NCBI GenBank assembly: GCA_038153405.1
Contig: JAYOYH010000017.1
Coordinates: 1-28,251, forward strand
Length of the DNA: 28,251 nt
Direction: 5' to 3'
Source of the DNA: Gemmatimonadota bacterium
Lineage (GTDB): Bacteria; Latescibacterota; UBA2968; UBA8231
Shown here in pieces: positions 9,601 through 17,544 of this stretch. The number at the start of each line of letters is the position of its first letter. Within the stretch, counting starts at the first letter, position 1. The notes beneath the pieces are model-generated. The model saw nothing but the letters and a program-made list of their open reading frames with translations, did no database searches and was not told the DNA's origin. The position numbers and the translations under genes were made by a program.

Positions 9601-11035
9601 GGCGGCGACTTTTCGCGTCGAACGCGCCGATATCTCGGGGCGCGCGACTGGGGTTATGGGTTTTGCCGGTTTGAGCGCAGTCGAAGCGCACCTCGTGCGT
9701 CCGCAGGAAGGACTTGTCGCCGGGCGCTGGCTGCGCGCAGAGGAGGACGATGTATGCCTGCTGCCGCTGGGCGTCGCCGATTCGCTGGGCATTGGCCCAG
9801 CCGATGTGGGCCGCGCTCGGGTGCGCCTGTTTGGCGAAGAGTTTCGCGTGGTTGGGATTTTGGAGCACGCGGCGCTGGAACGGGTCGATCTCAACGGCGA
9901 GGGGCTGACGCCGCTCGATCCGGAAGCGCAGCAGCCCACCGAGGCTGCCTCGACGCAGCAGGGGGGCATGCCGCAGCACTACGCCCATATGCCGGGCGCG
10001 TCGACGCTCGTGCTGCCTTTTTCTTCGCTGATGCGCTGGCAGGGTGCGCACCTCGTATCGCTGGGCGTGCGGATGCCGCCAGCGCGCGCGCGCGCGGAGC
10101 TGGAGATGCTCTCCGAAGGCGTCGATTTAAACCTGTTTGCCGGTCTTGGGGGACGCCGCTATTTGATCAATACGGTGGGAGTAGCCTCCGTTTCGGGACT
10201 GGGACAGCTGGCCGTTCCACTGGGCATTGCCGCGCTGATTGTGCTCAATACGATGCTCGGCGCCGTCTACGAGCGCACGCGCGAAATAGGCACGCTCAAC
10301 GCCATCGGCTTGGCGCCGGTGCACGTGAGCGGACTCTTTATTGCCGAGGCGGTGGCGCTGGCCGTGATTGGAGCGGTTATGGGCTACCTGCTGGGGCAGA
10401 CGGCGGCGCAGCTGATGGGCAGCTTGGGCTGGTTGCAGGGGTTGGAACTGAATTACTCCTCGCTGTCGGCGGTGGTTACTGTGGGATTGGTCATCGCGCT
10501 GGTCGTCGCGTCGGCGCTCTATCCGGCGCATATGGCCGGCAAGATTTGCACGCCGGGTATCGAGCGGCGCTGGAAGCCGCCGGTGCCCGATGGCCACGAC
10601 CTGCGCATGCGTCTGCCCTTTACGCTGGCGCGCGTAGAGGCCGATGGCATGGCCGCTTTTCAAACCGAGTTTTGGGCGGCCCATCGCGAGCAATCGATTG
10701 GCGCAGGGTTTTACGTCGAAGCCCTGCGCGTCGGTCGCCAAGAGAGCGGTCTGCGCCTCGATGCGCGCGTTTGGCTTGCGCCATTTGACCAAGGCGTTGT
10801 GCAGGATACGGCGCTGTTTATCCGCCCTGGTGAGAACCCGCTTTACTGCGATATCGACGTGCACTTGCACTTGGTCTCAGGCGATTGGGATACTTGGCAG
10901 CGCGTGGCGCGCACCTTTCTCGACGATCTACGCAAGCAGTTTCTCGTATGGCGCACGTTAGCGGATGCCGATCGCCGCGCCTATGCCAGCGCGCTTGCGC
11001 GCTGGGAGCATGTGGGCGACGAGGTGCAGGTATGA
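6644..11035 (+). CDS. Large membrane fusion protein: degenerate M28-peptidase/PA ectodomain + beta-sandwich + extra TM bundle + MacB/FtsX-like ABC permease + C-terminal soluble domain
   Basis: Signal-like N-terminus. PA insert (GQLLYGGDG...DRIVLLEF...LGAQAVIF). M28 fold (NIVAIVEGSDPQLRGEAVYVTAYYD...PGAEQASSAAALLELAR). MacB TM1 (RRRPLRTGMTCATLVLLTFSVLSFTS), periplasmic core (GLVAGRWL...CLLP...ADSLGI...FRVVGIL) and FtsX motif (NTMLGAVYERTREIGTLNAIGL...LFIAEA). GTG start lacks a clear SD. Confidence 0.85.
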   Translation: MRIGLYIVLLGAACSVVRADAGLEDRLRHSVHELSGHASRMTGYAGADAAAHWIERALGEMAVKEIHRHAFPLLVPMDEGFSLEIEGQSLPIYGVWPNLIRTSTLPDGGIEGQLLYGGDGSLLEGRPVADRIVLLEFNAQDVWVEAFQLGAQAVIFLPAKGAHRAEAGQKFLDVPADLPRFFAPQLTADVLRAAAERGPRVRLSGRMPMREVTAHNIVAIVEGSDPQLRGEAVYVTAYYDAMSPVPALAPGAEQASSAAALLELARGWTERRPRRTVVLVWTAGHFQHLAGMRYLTPVVMAAAGRRPPDGLSERERALAERLGAFRLRFAAGLDLSSGSPMMGAFRPNAPYRTSLLAPPLTVRLMDRVAAYEDSLAAGRRIFANGLRQDFTRQSLGSMAEVVPMDAAVLALAGCPTIAFATINDSRARFDVVDDVAERVRFAWLGEQVALLKFVLSELVDDGQLAPWEWGNDAFGTIRGQVVHYGPRSYLPDEPTGHALVRVRLRHPTLSGVRPDLWAAADDSGYYRIPGVETRIIYTQPVRLEAYALDERGAVVAAPDWGINGERKLPGRALKVLMDDHEEEVQIVTANLRGTALFGLFDPRNLLMPENLGAIDASLEAEPMSYGACLPLTAPEMDLFGYRNYVGSLTESVAVLFTRPGTRFKVAMSTGRYGLGRRLLLLNSSDENPLGAGFAVQDEGRLPNTVYQAARDMFLLNGARIDNLQRHGVRNGRLAEFHARAKAYLEQADAARARWAHRLSIDAARRAWAYSAAAYRDVESTQAGVVQGALFLLAVLLPFAHFAERLVFGFPDVRRQVLGYFGLFFVGFLVLSQLHPAFELSISPFVILLGFVILSLGLLVTGIGISRLNRELQELARGRRGHASMQRGGAVMASISVGLAHMRRRPLRTGMTCATLVLLTFSVLSFTSIRSALRTNWIDVGSGAHYDGALLRTLGWKAMEMEAYRMLVDWFGVDNVAPRAWKSVSSAAATFRVERADISGRATGVMGFAGLSAVEAHLVRPQEGLVAGRWLRAEEDDVCLLPLGVADSLGIGPADVGRARVRLFGEEFRVVGILEHAALERVDLNGEGLTPLDPEAQQPTEAASTQQGGMPQHYAHMPGASTLVLPFSSLMRWQGAHLVSLGVRMPPARARAELEMLSEGVDLNLFAGLGGRRYLINTVGVASVSGLGQLAVPLGIAALIVLNTMLGAVYERTREIGTLNAIGLAPVHVSGLFIAEAVALAVIGAVMGYLLGQTAAQLMGSLGWLQGLELNYSSLSAVVTVGLVIALVVASALYPAHMAGKICTPGIERRWKPPVPDGHDLRMRLPFTLARVEADGMAAFQTEFWAAHREQSIGAGFYVEALRVGRQESGLRLDARVWLAPFDQGVVQDTALFIRPGENPLYCDIDVHLHLVSGDWDTWQRVARTFLDDLRKQFLVWRTLADADRRAYASALARWEHVGDEVQV

Positions 11036-12939
11036 TAGCGACGGTGAGAGCGCTATTGCTCATCGCCGGCATCACGGCGCTGAGCGGCTGGTTGGCTCAG
11101 CGCATCGAGCTCGTCTATAGCGGACCGCATATCGCCGGTGCGGGCAGTTCGCCGGGTGAGCAGGTCTTTCTCGCCGTGCCGCTGGGGGCGCTGGCGGCGC
11201 TGGCCCTGCTGCGGCGCTGGCTGAGCGAGGGCGAGCGCGCGGTGATCTACGCCGGGCTTGCCGTGGGCGTGTCGGCTACCGCTTCGGGTCTTATGCACCG
11301 CTTTTTGCCGGGGTTGGTGACGGGCTTTTACGGCGGCTTTGCCAGCCCGACGGGGCCCTACTTTAAGTTTTTGCAGGTTGTGCCCGAATGGGCCGTGCCC
11401 GGTGGCCCCAACGCGCCGGCGGCCATCGGCGCCTTTGAAGGCGGCGCTTCGGTGCCATGGGCGGCGTGGGCCGTGCCGCTGGCGGCGTGGTCGCTGTTTT
11501 TTGCCGCGCTATTTCTCACCTCATTTTGCCTAGTCGCCATTTTCCGCGAGCGCTGGATGGAGACCGAGCGATTGGGATTTCCGCTGCTGGAAATGCCGCT
11601 GGCCCTGCTGCGCGAGGGCCTGTTTACCAATCGCCTGTTTTACTGGGGATTGCTCGTTTCCGTTCTCTTGCTCGGCACCAATGGACTTAACCACTACGTT
11701 CCGGCCGTGCCGCAGATCACCCTCGGCCTCAACTTTGCCGATTTCCTCCTAGACGATCCCTGGAAGGCGATGGCGCCCTTTGAGACGCCGTTCCGCTTTC
11801 AGTTTTCCCCACTGCTCGTGGGCGTCGCCTTTTTGGCGCCGGTCGAGGTGTCGTTTAGCACGTGGTTTTTCTTCTTGGTCTCGCGCCTCCAACTGCTGGT
11901 AACGGGGCTTATTGGCCGTCTGGAGTATCGCGGCGAGTTCATACCGGGACACGGGTCGCCCTGGCTCGATTGGCCGTCGCACTTTCCGTTCTTTATGCCG
12001 CAGGCGCGCGGTGGGCTGCTTTTTTTAGTGCTCTTTGGCTTGTGGACGGCGCGGCGCTCGCTGGCGGCTATGTTGGCCCCGGGTCGCTGGCAGGTGTGGG
12101 GGTTTGCCGCTGGTTTTGCCCTGCTATGGGCGTGGATTGCCCTGCTGGGCGTGCCCGTTGCCATGGCCGGTCTGACGTTGGTTCTGTTTTTTTTGCTGGC
12201 GCTGGGCTTTGCGCGTCTGCGCGTCGACGGCGGCCTGCCCGTAAACGGCGTGCCGCAGATTATGGGCTATATGTTTTTTGTGGCGTTGGGCACGGGGCCG
12301 GGGGTCTTTCCCGATCAGACCTATGTGGCCTTCGCGCTCTTGGCCGTATTGGGCTTTACCTGCGTGGGTATCTGGCCGGCCCTGCAGTTTGAAGGGCTCA
12401 AGCTGGCCGAGGCGACAAGCGTTGCGCCGAGCCGCATGGTCTTAGGCATGTGCGTGGGCCTGGCCGTCGGCCTGGCCGCTGGCTATGTCTTCTCGTTGGA
12501 GGCGATCTACCAGCACGGCCTCTTTGCCTTGCAGGAGCAGGGCGGCGCGCGCTCGGAAGCGCGCATTGGGCGCTATTACAACTATCTGTTCAAAGACGCC
12601 GGTGCCACGGTGGGACCGACCGACTGGATTCGCCTGGCTTTCCACGGCGTGGGGGCGGCAGTGACGGCTTTCCTGGCGGTGATGCGCCAGCATTTTCTGC
12701 GCTGGCCCTTTCATCCGATGGGCTATGTCTTTGGCACGGGCTTTGGCTGGCTGGTGTGGGGGCCGGCGCTGGTGGGCTGGTTGTGCAAGTGGCTATCGGT
12801 GCGCTACGGTGGCGCGCAAACCTATCGCCGCCTGCTGCCCTTTTTTCTGGGGCTGATCTTTGGCGAGGTGCTAATGCGCCTCGTGTGGGCCGCTGTCGCG
12901 CTGTGGCAGGGGCAGATGGGGGCGGGATTCCGCTTTTAA
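11032..12939 (+). CDS. Polytopic membrane protein, DUF6785/DUF6784-like (distant OPT-superfamily relative)
   Basis: Start re-assigned to ATG 11032, which overlaps the upstream stop (ATGA), giving 635 aa. Highly hydrophobic. Motifs RERWMETERLGFPL and RWPFHPMGY...GWLCKWLSVRYGG...YRRLLPFFLGLIFGE recalled as typical of DUF6785/DUF6784 proteins. Confidence 0.75.
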   Translation: MIATVRALLLIAGITALSGWLAQRIELVYSGPHIAGAGSSPGEQVFLAVPLGALAALALLRRWLSEGERAVIYAGLAVGVSATASGLMHRFLPGLVTGFYGGFASPTGPYFKFLQVVPEWAVPGGPNAPAAIGAFEGGASVPWAAWAVPLAAWSLFFAALFLTSFCLVAIFRERWMETERLGFPLLEMPLALLREGLFTNRLFYWGLLVSVLLLGTNGLNHYVPAVPQITLGLNFADFLLDDPWKAMAPFETPFRFQFSPLLVGVAFLAPVEVSFSTWFFFLVSRLQLLVTGLIGRLEYRGEFIPGHGSPWLDWPSHFPFFMPQARGGLLFLVLFGLWTARRSLAAMLAPGRWQVWGFAAGFALLWAWIALLGVPVAMAGLTLVLFFLLALGFARLRVDGGLPVNGVPQIMGYMFFVALGTGPGVFPDQTYVAFALLAVLGFTCVGIWPALQFEGLKLAEATSVAPSRMVLGMCVGLAVGLAAGYVFSLEAIYQHGLFALQEQGGARSEARIGRYYNYLFKDAGATVGPTDWIRLAFHGVGAAVTAFLAVMRQHFLRWPFHPMGYVFGTGFGWLVWGPALVGWLCKWLSVRYGGAQTYRRLLPFFLGLIFGEVLMRLVWAAVALWQGQMGAGFRF

Positions 12940-12963
12940 TCGCGCGTTTTTGCAGGAGGAGCA

Positions 12964-14946
12964 GTGGCACAACACGATCCAAACGCCGACCTGGAGGCCT
13001 ATCGCAGCCTGATGGAGCGGCCCGAGCACTTTGCGGAGGGATTTACCTACCGCACGGTGATTGGCGCGTTCTTTGTCGGCTTTATCATGATGCCGGGCGC
13101 CATCTACATGGGATTGATCGCCGGCGTATCGCTGGGTTCGGCGGCCGAGTGGGTGACGATCATCCTCTTTTCCGAACTGGCGCGGCGCTCGTTCTCTTCG
13201 CTGACGCGCCAGGAGATCTATCTCATATACTATATTGCCGGTGGCCTAGCCGGCGTCATTGGCGGCACCATGCTGGCTGGTGGGCCCTTTGGCCAGCTGA
13301 TGTGGAACCAGTATTTGGTGCAGTCGCAGGCGGCCGAAGGCTTTGGTATCGCCGACAAGATACCGGACTGGGTTTCGCCGATGGCCGGGTCGGAGGCCAT
13401 CCTCTCTCGCTCTTTTCTGCACCGGGCGTGGATTCCACCGATCGCCGTGCTGGTCGCCGCGCAGGTGCTGTCGCGCGTGGAATGGTTTACGCTCGGCTAC
13501 ATTCTCTTTCGCGCGACCTCCGACGTCGAGCGCCTGCCCTTTCCGCTGGCCCCCGTCGCCGCGCAGGGGGCGATGGCGTTGGCCGAGAACGACGACGAGC
13601 GCGAAGGGTGGCGCTGGCGCGTCTTTTCGGTGGGATTGGGCATCGGATTGCTCTTTGGAGCGGTCTATATCGGGCTACCGGCGCTAACGGGTTTGATTGC
13701 CAGCGATCCCATTGCGCTACTGCCGATTCCGTGGATCGACCTGACGCGCACGACCGAATCCTTTCTGCCGGCCGCACCGCTGGGGATAGGCACCGACCTC
13801 GGTCTGGTGCTGCTGGGCACGGTGCTGCCCTTCTGGGTGGTCGTCGGGTCGTTTACCGCGGCCATGGTGCATGCGCTGGGCAGCCCGCTGCTCTACCACG
13901 CCGGATTTCTAACGCACTGGCGTCCGGGCATGGATACGATTATGACCAACTTTGCCAACGATGTCGACGTGTGGATGAGCGTCTATATCGGGGCCGGATT
14001 TGCCGTTGGCATCATTGGCGTTATCCACGCTGTGCGCTCGTTTCGCACTGCCCATCGCGAAAAGAAAATGAGCAGCTTTAGCATCGTGCCCAAAGGGCGC
14101 GGTGATTTTCCACTGTGGTTGGCCTTTGTCGGTTACGGGCTGTCGACGCTGGCCATGGTTGCGCTGTGCACGCTGCTGCTGAGAGACGACGAATTTCCGC
14201 TGGCCTTCCTGCTCATCTTTGGTTTTGTCGTCACGCCCGCTCTGTCCTATGTCAATGCGCGCATGTCGGGGCTAACGGGCCAGACGGTATCGTTTCCAAT
14301 GATTCGCGAGGGGGCTTTCATACTGAGCGGGTACAACGGAGTCGATATTTGGTTTGCGCCGATACCCTACGCCGATCACGGTCGTCGCGCACAGCTCTTT
14401 CGCGAGGTCGAGCTGACGGGCACGCGCTTTACGTCGATTCTCAAGGCGGAATTGCTCATCCTGCCGCTGAGCCTGATCTGCGGCTTTGTGTTTTGGCAGC
14501 TGATCTGGAGCATGGGACCGATTCCCTCGCCGGCCTTCCAATATGCACAGACCTACTGGCATTTGATTGCGCTGCGGCAGTGCTTGTGGTATTCGGCGAC
14601 GCTGGGCGGAGAAACGCTCTTTGATACGGCGATCAAGGGATGGTGGATTGCCGGCGGCTTTGCCTTTGCCGGCGGGGCGTTCGGCGTGCTGTCGCTGCTG
14701 CGCCTGCCGGTATCGCTGATCTACGGTTTTGTGCGCGGCCTGTCGGGACTGCCGCACCTGCTGATCCCAGAGATGATCGGCGCCCTGCTGGCGCGCTACT
14801 CGTTAGAAAAGCGCTTTGGCGCCGAGCGCTGGCGCCAGTACGCTCCCGTATTGTTGGCCGGCTACGCCTGTGGGATGGGATTAATCGGCATGTCTGCCGT
14901 GGCCATTGCGCTCATATCAAAATCCGTCACCCAAATGCAGTACTGA
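12964..14946 (+). CDS. OPT/YSL-superfamily (oligopeptide/metal-chelate) transporter-like protein
   Basis: AGGAGG SD before GTG. N-terminal EGFTYRTVIGAFFVGFIMMPGAIYMGLIAG followed by LTRQEI; ERLPFPLAPVAAQG matches the OPT LxFP motif; many TM segments over 660 aa. Confidence 0.8.
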   Translation: MAQHDPNADLEAYRSLMERPEHFAEGFTYRTVIGAFFVGFIMMPGAIYMGLIAGVSLGSAAEWVTIILFSELARRSFSSLTRQEIYLIYYIAGGLAGVIGGTMLAGGPFGQLMWNQYLVQSQAAEGFGIADKIPDWVSPMAGSEAILSRSFLHRAWIPPIAVLVAAQVLSRVEWFTLGYILFRATSDVERLPFPLAPVAAQGAMALAENDDEREGWRWRVFSVGLGIGLLFGAVYIGLPALTGLIASDPIALLPIPWIDLTRTTESFLPAAPLGIGTDLGLVLLGTVLPFWVVVGSFTAAMVHALGSPLLYHAGFLTHWRPGMDTIMTNFANDVDVWMSVYIGAGFAVGIIGVIHAVRSFRTAHREKKMSSFSIVPKGRGDFPLWLAFVGYGLSTLAMVALCTLLLRDDEFPLAFLLIFGFVVTPALSYVNARMSGLTGQTVSFPMIREGAFILSGYNGVDIWFAPIPYADHGRRAQLFREVELTGTRFTSILKAELLILPLSLICGFVFWQLIWSMGPIPSPAFQYAQTYWHLIALRQCLWYSATLGGETLFDTAIKGWWIAGGFAFAGGAFGVLSLLRLPVSLIYGFVRGLSGLPHLLIPEMIGALLARYSLEKRFGAERWRQYAPVLLAGYACGMGLIGMSAVAIALISKSVTQMQY

Positions 14947-15177
14947 TTATTTGTGTTCGGCGTGCAGATACTGACGGGCGGGCGGCTGGTTGCGCAACTG
15001 CTCTTGCAGACCGCGATGAGCCGTGTAGTGATTGCTATCGGTATCCGTGGTTAGGCCGGATACGGCATTCAGCGTCATATAGGTGATTGCGATGCCGGCC
15101 AGCATGACGCCCACGGTGAGCATATCGCGGATTTGCTCTTCGTGATCGAATAGGAAGTTGCGGATAAAATGGGGCAT
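14947..15177 (-). CDS. Small single-TM hypothetical protein (76 aa)
   Basis: GGAG SD upstream on the minus strand; one hydrophobic stretch (MLTVGVMLAGIAITYMTLNAV); fills the gap between two real genes; has a promoter-like element of its own. Confidence 0.65.
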   Translation of the reverse strand: MPHFIRNFLFDHEEQIRDMLTVGVMLAGIAITYMTLNAVSGLTTDTDSNHYTAHRGLQEQLRNQPPARQYLHAEHK

Positions 15178-15216
15178 TTCCAGTTCTCCATCAAAGGGTT
15201 GTTCTAAGCCTCAACA

Positions 15217-15244
15217 AGCATACGAAGAAGACTAAAATTCGCAA
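15217..15244 (-). promoter_or_regulatory. Putative sigma70 promoter for the 76-aa gene
   Basis: Minus strand reads TTGCGA-16 nt-TATGCT in an AT-rich intergenic gap. Confidence 0.45.
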
Positions 15245-15259
15245 GTCCAATAGTGTGCG

Positions 15260-16438
15260 CTAAAGATGCGCTTTTGCTGCTTCTATGGCCTCGAGTGCGC
15301 GCGCGACTTCGGACGGCGCGTTATACAGGTGGATTGAAGCGCGCAGGGCGTTGAGTCCGCCTTCGTATATGCCGCGCAGGCGCAGGCGGTGGTTGCTCCA
15401 CAGATAGCGTTGTACATCGGCGTATGCCAGGCCGGGCAGGCGAAAGCTCAGTATAGAAGCAGAGCGCGTGCTCGTGACTACCTCGGCACCCAGTGCGCGC
15501 AGTCCTTCGGCGAAGTGCCCGGCCAGCGTGCGGTTGCGTAGCCATATATTATGTGCGCCGACCTCCTGCCAAAAAGATAGGGCGGCTTGCAATCCGACGA
15601 CCAGCGACGCATTGACGGTGCCGTATTCGTAGCGCTGCGCGCTGTCGATAAAATCAAAAGCCCCCGTTTCCATGGAAGAATATCCGGCGTTGGAATAGGC
15701 GCCGACGTGGGTGGCCTGCACGCGATCCAGCGCGTCGCGGCGCACAAATAGAAATCCCGTGCCGTTGGGACCGAGGAGCCACTTGTGGCCGCTCGTCGCA
15801 TAGGCGTGGCAGCCGATGGCTCGCAGGTCGACGGGTATGCAGCCCAGCGCCTGGGCCCCATCGACGAAGTAAAAGATATTGCGCTCCTTGGCCAGCGCGC
15901 CAATTGGGGCAACCGGCAGCACCTGACCGCTAGCGCAGCTGACGTGCGGTATGCTCAGCGCGCGCGTGCGCGCGCTCAAGAGCGCCTCGATGCGCGCAAC
16001 CGTTTCTCGTTCATCGGCAGCGGGCTGAAATACCTTGATGGATAGGCCATCTCGTCGAGCGCGCGCCAGCCAGGTAATGGTGTTGCCAACGTGCTCGTGA
16101 CTGCTGGTAATAATCTCATCGCCGCGCCGCAGCGCCAGGCCGTTGCAGACGATATTGCTGCCCTCGGTGGTGTTGCGGGTGAAGGCAATCTCGTCTGCCG
16201 AGCAATTGAGAAACTGCCCAACGCCTTCTTTGACTCCTTGCCACAGCGCGGTAGAATGACCGCTGTCCCCGCTCTGTGCCAACTGCTCCATGTGCTCTCG
16301 CACGGCGTCGAGAACGGGGTGCGGCGCAATGCCCATCGTAGCCGTATTGAAGTAGATGCGGTCGCGCAGCAAGGGAAATTGGTCGCGTACGGCGGCCCAA
16401 TAGGCTTCGTCAAATGGATCGATTTCAGATGCACTCAT
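15260..16438 (-). CDS. Class V PLP-dependent enzyme (C-S lyase / isopenicillin N epimerase-like)
   Basis: YFNTATMG, FTRNTTEG, HEH, DGAQALG, TSGHKWLLGP (PLP lysine), RYEYGT, LRASIHLYN. Start re-assigned to MSASEIDPF (16438) to avoid overlap with the GNAT gene. Confidence 0.88.
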   Translation of the reverse strand: MSASEIDPFDEAYWAAVRDQFPLLRDRIYFNTATMGIAPHPVLDAVREHMEQLAQSGDSGHSTALWQGVKEGVGQFLNCSADEIAFTRNTTEGSNIVCNGLALRRGDEIITSSHEHVGNTITWLARARRDGLSIKVFQPAADERETVARIEALLSARTRALSIPHVSCASGQVLPVAPIGALAKERNIFYFVDGAQALGCIPVDLRAIGCHAYATSGHKWLLGPNGTGFLFVRRDALDRVQATHVGAYSNAGYSSMETGAFDFIDSAQRYEYGTVNASLVVGLQAALSFWQEVGAHNIWLRNRTLAGHFAEGLRALGAEVVTSTRSASILSFRLPGLAYADVQRYLWSNHRLRLRGIYEGGLNALRASIHLYNAPSEVARALEAIEAAKAHL

Positions 16439-16445
16439 CGTGTGC

Positions 16446-17429
16446 TCACGGAAGCAATGTGCGCTTGAGCGTTGCGGCCCGGCGCAGCCAGGCGTTGCCA
16501 AAGTGTTCGGTCGTATAGTAGGGAATCAAGTCGCCGCCTAGACCGCGTTTAAAAAAGGCCACGGCGGGTATATTGGCGCCGACAAAATCAAAGCGCTGCT
16601 GGGCGCACTGCTCGAAGTACTGCCAGTAGAGCAGCGAAGTGGCGCCGCTGCTGTTGTGCTGCGGATCGGCGCCGGCAATCCACGCATAGCTGGTCAACGC
16701 TCCCTCCACAAAGGCGACGATGGTGGCCGTCGCTCCTGTGGGCGACTGTGCGGCAAAGAGGCGGGCCTGTCCGGTGCGCAGGGCATCGCCGACGAAGCGG
16801 CGGATTTTTTGCTGGGCGATGGGGGCGTCGTGTCCGTGCCGAGCATAGATCATCTCATACTGGTGGCACAGCAGGTCAATGTCGTCGGTCTGAACGAGTC
16901 GATAGCCCAGCTTTTGCGCTTTGCGAATCGCCGTGCGCGTGCGGCGCTCGACGCGTTCCCATAGCGCGTTGAGGTCGCTAAGGTCCATCTGGTAGGTATA
17001 GCGCACGCGCGCCTGCCAGCCGGCCCACATGAAGGGGCGCACGTCGTCGAAGGCGGGGTCGTGCGTCAGGCGCACGTGGCCATAGGGCCGCAAATACTCG
17101 ATGAGCAGTTCGGCGGCGCGGTGGCGCTCCGCTTCGATTTTGGCCGGTCCCTTGCTCTCGATGGGGGCCAATAGGAGGCCGGTGTGCGGCGTGAGCTCGG
17201 GCGTTTCAACGCGCTCGACACCGCGGCGTTTGTAGGTGAGTCCCGACAGGCCAGCCACCAGTGCATCGCCCTTAAAAACGCCGATGCAAAGGGGCTGTCC
17301 GCCGAGCGCCTGCGCAGCGCAGTGCAGCCACGATGCAGTTGCAAAGGGGCTGCTGCCGCAGCTGCCTTCTACAAAGGCATCCCACAGGCGAGCATCTTCC
17401 ACGCGGCGAATTTCATGGGTCTGAGACAT
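16446..17429 (-). CDS. GNAT-fold protein (Acetyltransf_6 / FemAB-like)
   Basis: WDAFV...SPF...WL; RTRTAIRKAQKLG; YAWIAGAD...SGATSLLYW...FDFVGAN...AFFKRGLGG. Start re-assigned to MSQTHEIRR (17429). Confidence 0.85.
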   Translation of the reverse strand: MSQTHEIRRVEDARLWDAFVEGSCGSSPFATASWLHCAAQALGGQPLCIGVFKGDALVAGLSGLTYKRRGVERVETPELTPHTGLLLAPIESKGPAKIEAERHRAAELLIEYLRPYGHVRLTHDPAFDDVRPFMWAGWQARVRYTYQMDLSDLNALWERVERRTRTAIRKAQKLGYRLVQTDDIDLLCHQYEMIYARHGHDAPIAQQKIRRFVGDALRTGQARLFAAQSPTGATATIVAFVEGALTSYAWIAGADPQHNSSGATSLLYWQYFEQCAQQRFDFVGANIPAVAFFKRGLGGDLIPYYTTEHFGNAWLRRAATLKRTLLP

Positions 17430-17436
17430 AGACCAA

Positions 17437-17465
17437 AGTATAAAGAAATCCCCGTTTTGATGTAA
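17437..17465 (-). promoter_or_regulatory. Putative sigma70 promoter giving a leaderless GNAT mRNA
   Basis: Minus strand: TTACAT-17 nt-TATACT-7 nt-ATG, no SD. Confidence 0.55.
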
Positions 17466-17544
17466 GCAACACTTGGATCGCGCGGGCGGTTGGGGCGCAT
17501 TCTGTGCACTGCGCGATTGCGCGGCCACAGCGGCGAATTGTCTA

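Noticed and set aside
9505..10788. 427-aa alternative-frame ORF inside the fusion gene
   Set aside because: Arg/Gly/Ala-rich with no motifs; expected shadow ORF in high-GC coding DNA.
10885..11031. 49-codon N-terminal extension of the DUF6785-like gene
   Set aside because: Overlaps the previous CDS by about 150 nt; ATG 11032 gives a standard ATGA coupling.
12450..14081. 543-aa alternative-frame ORF across the two transporter genes
   Set aside because: Composition typical of an off-frame GC-rich read; both underlying genes are intact, so no frameshift is needed.
15260..16438. Annotation as cysteine desulfurase (sufS/iscS)
   Set aside because: Catalytic Cys loop motif is absent.
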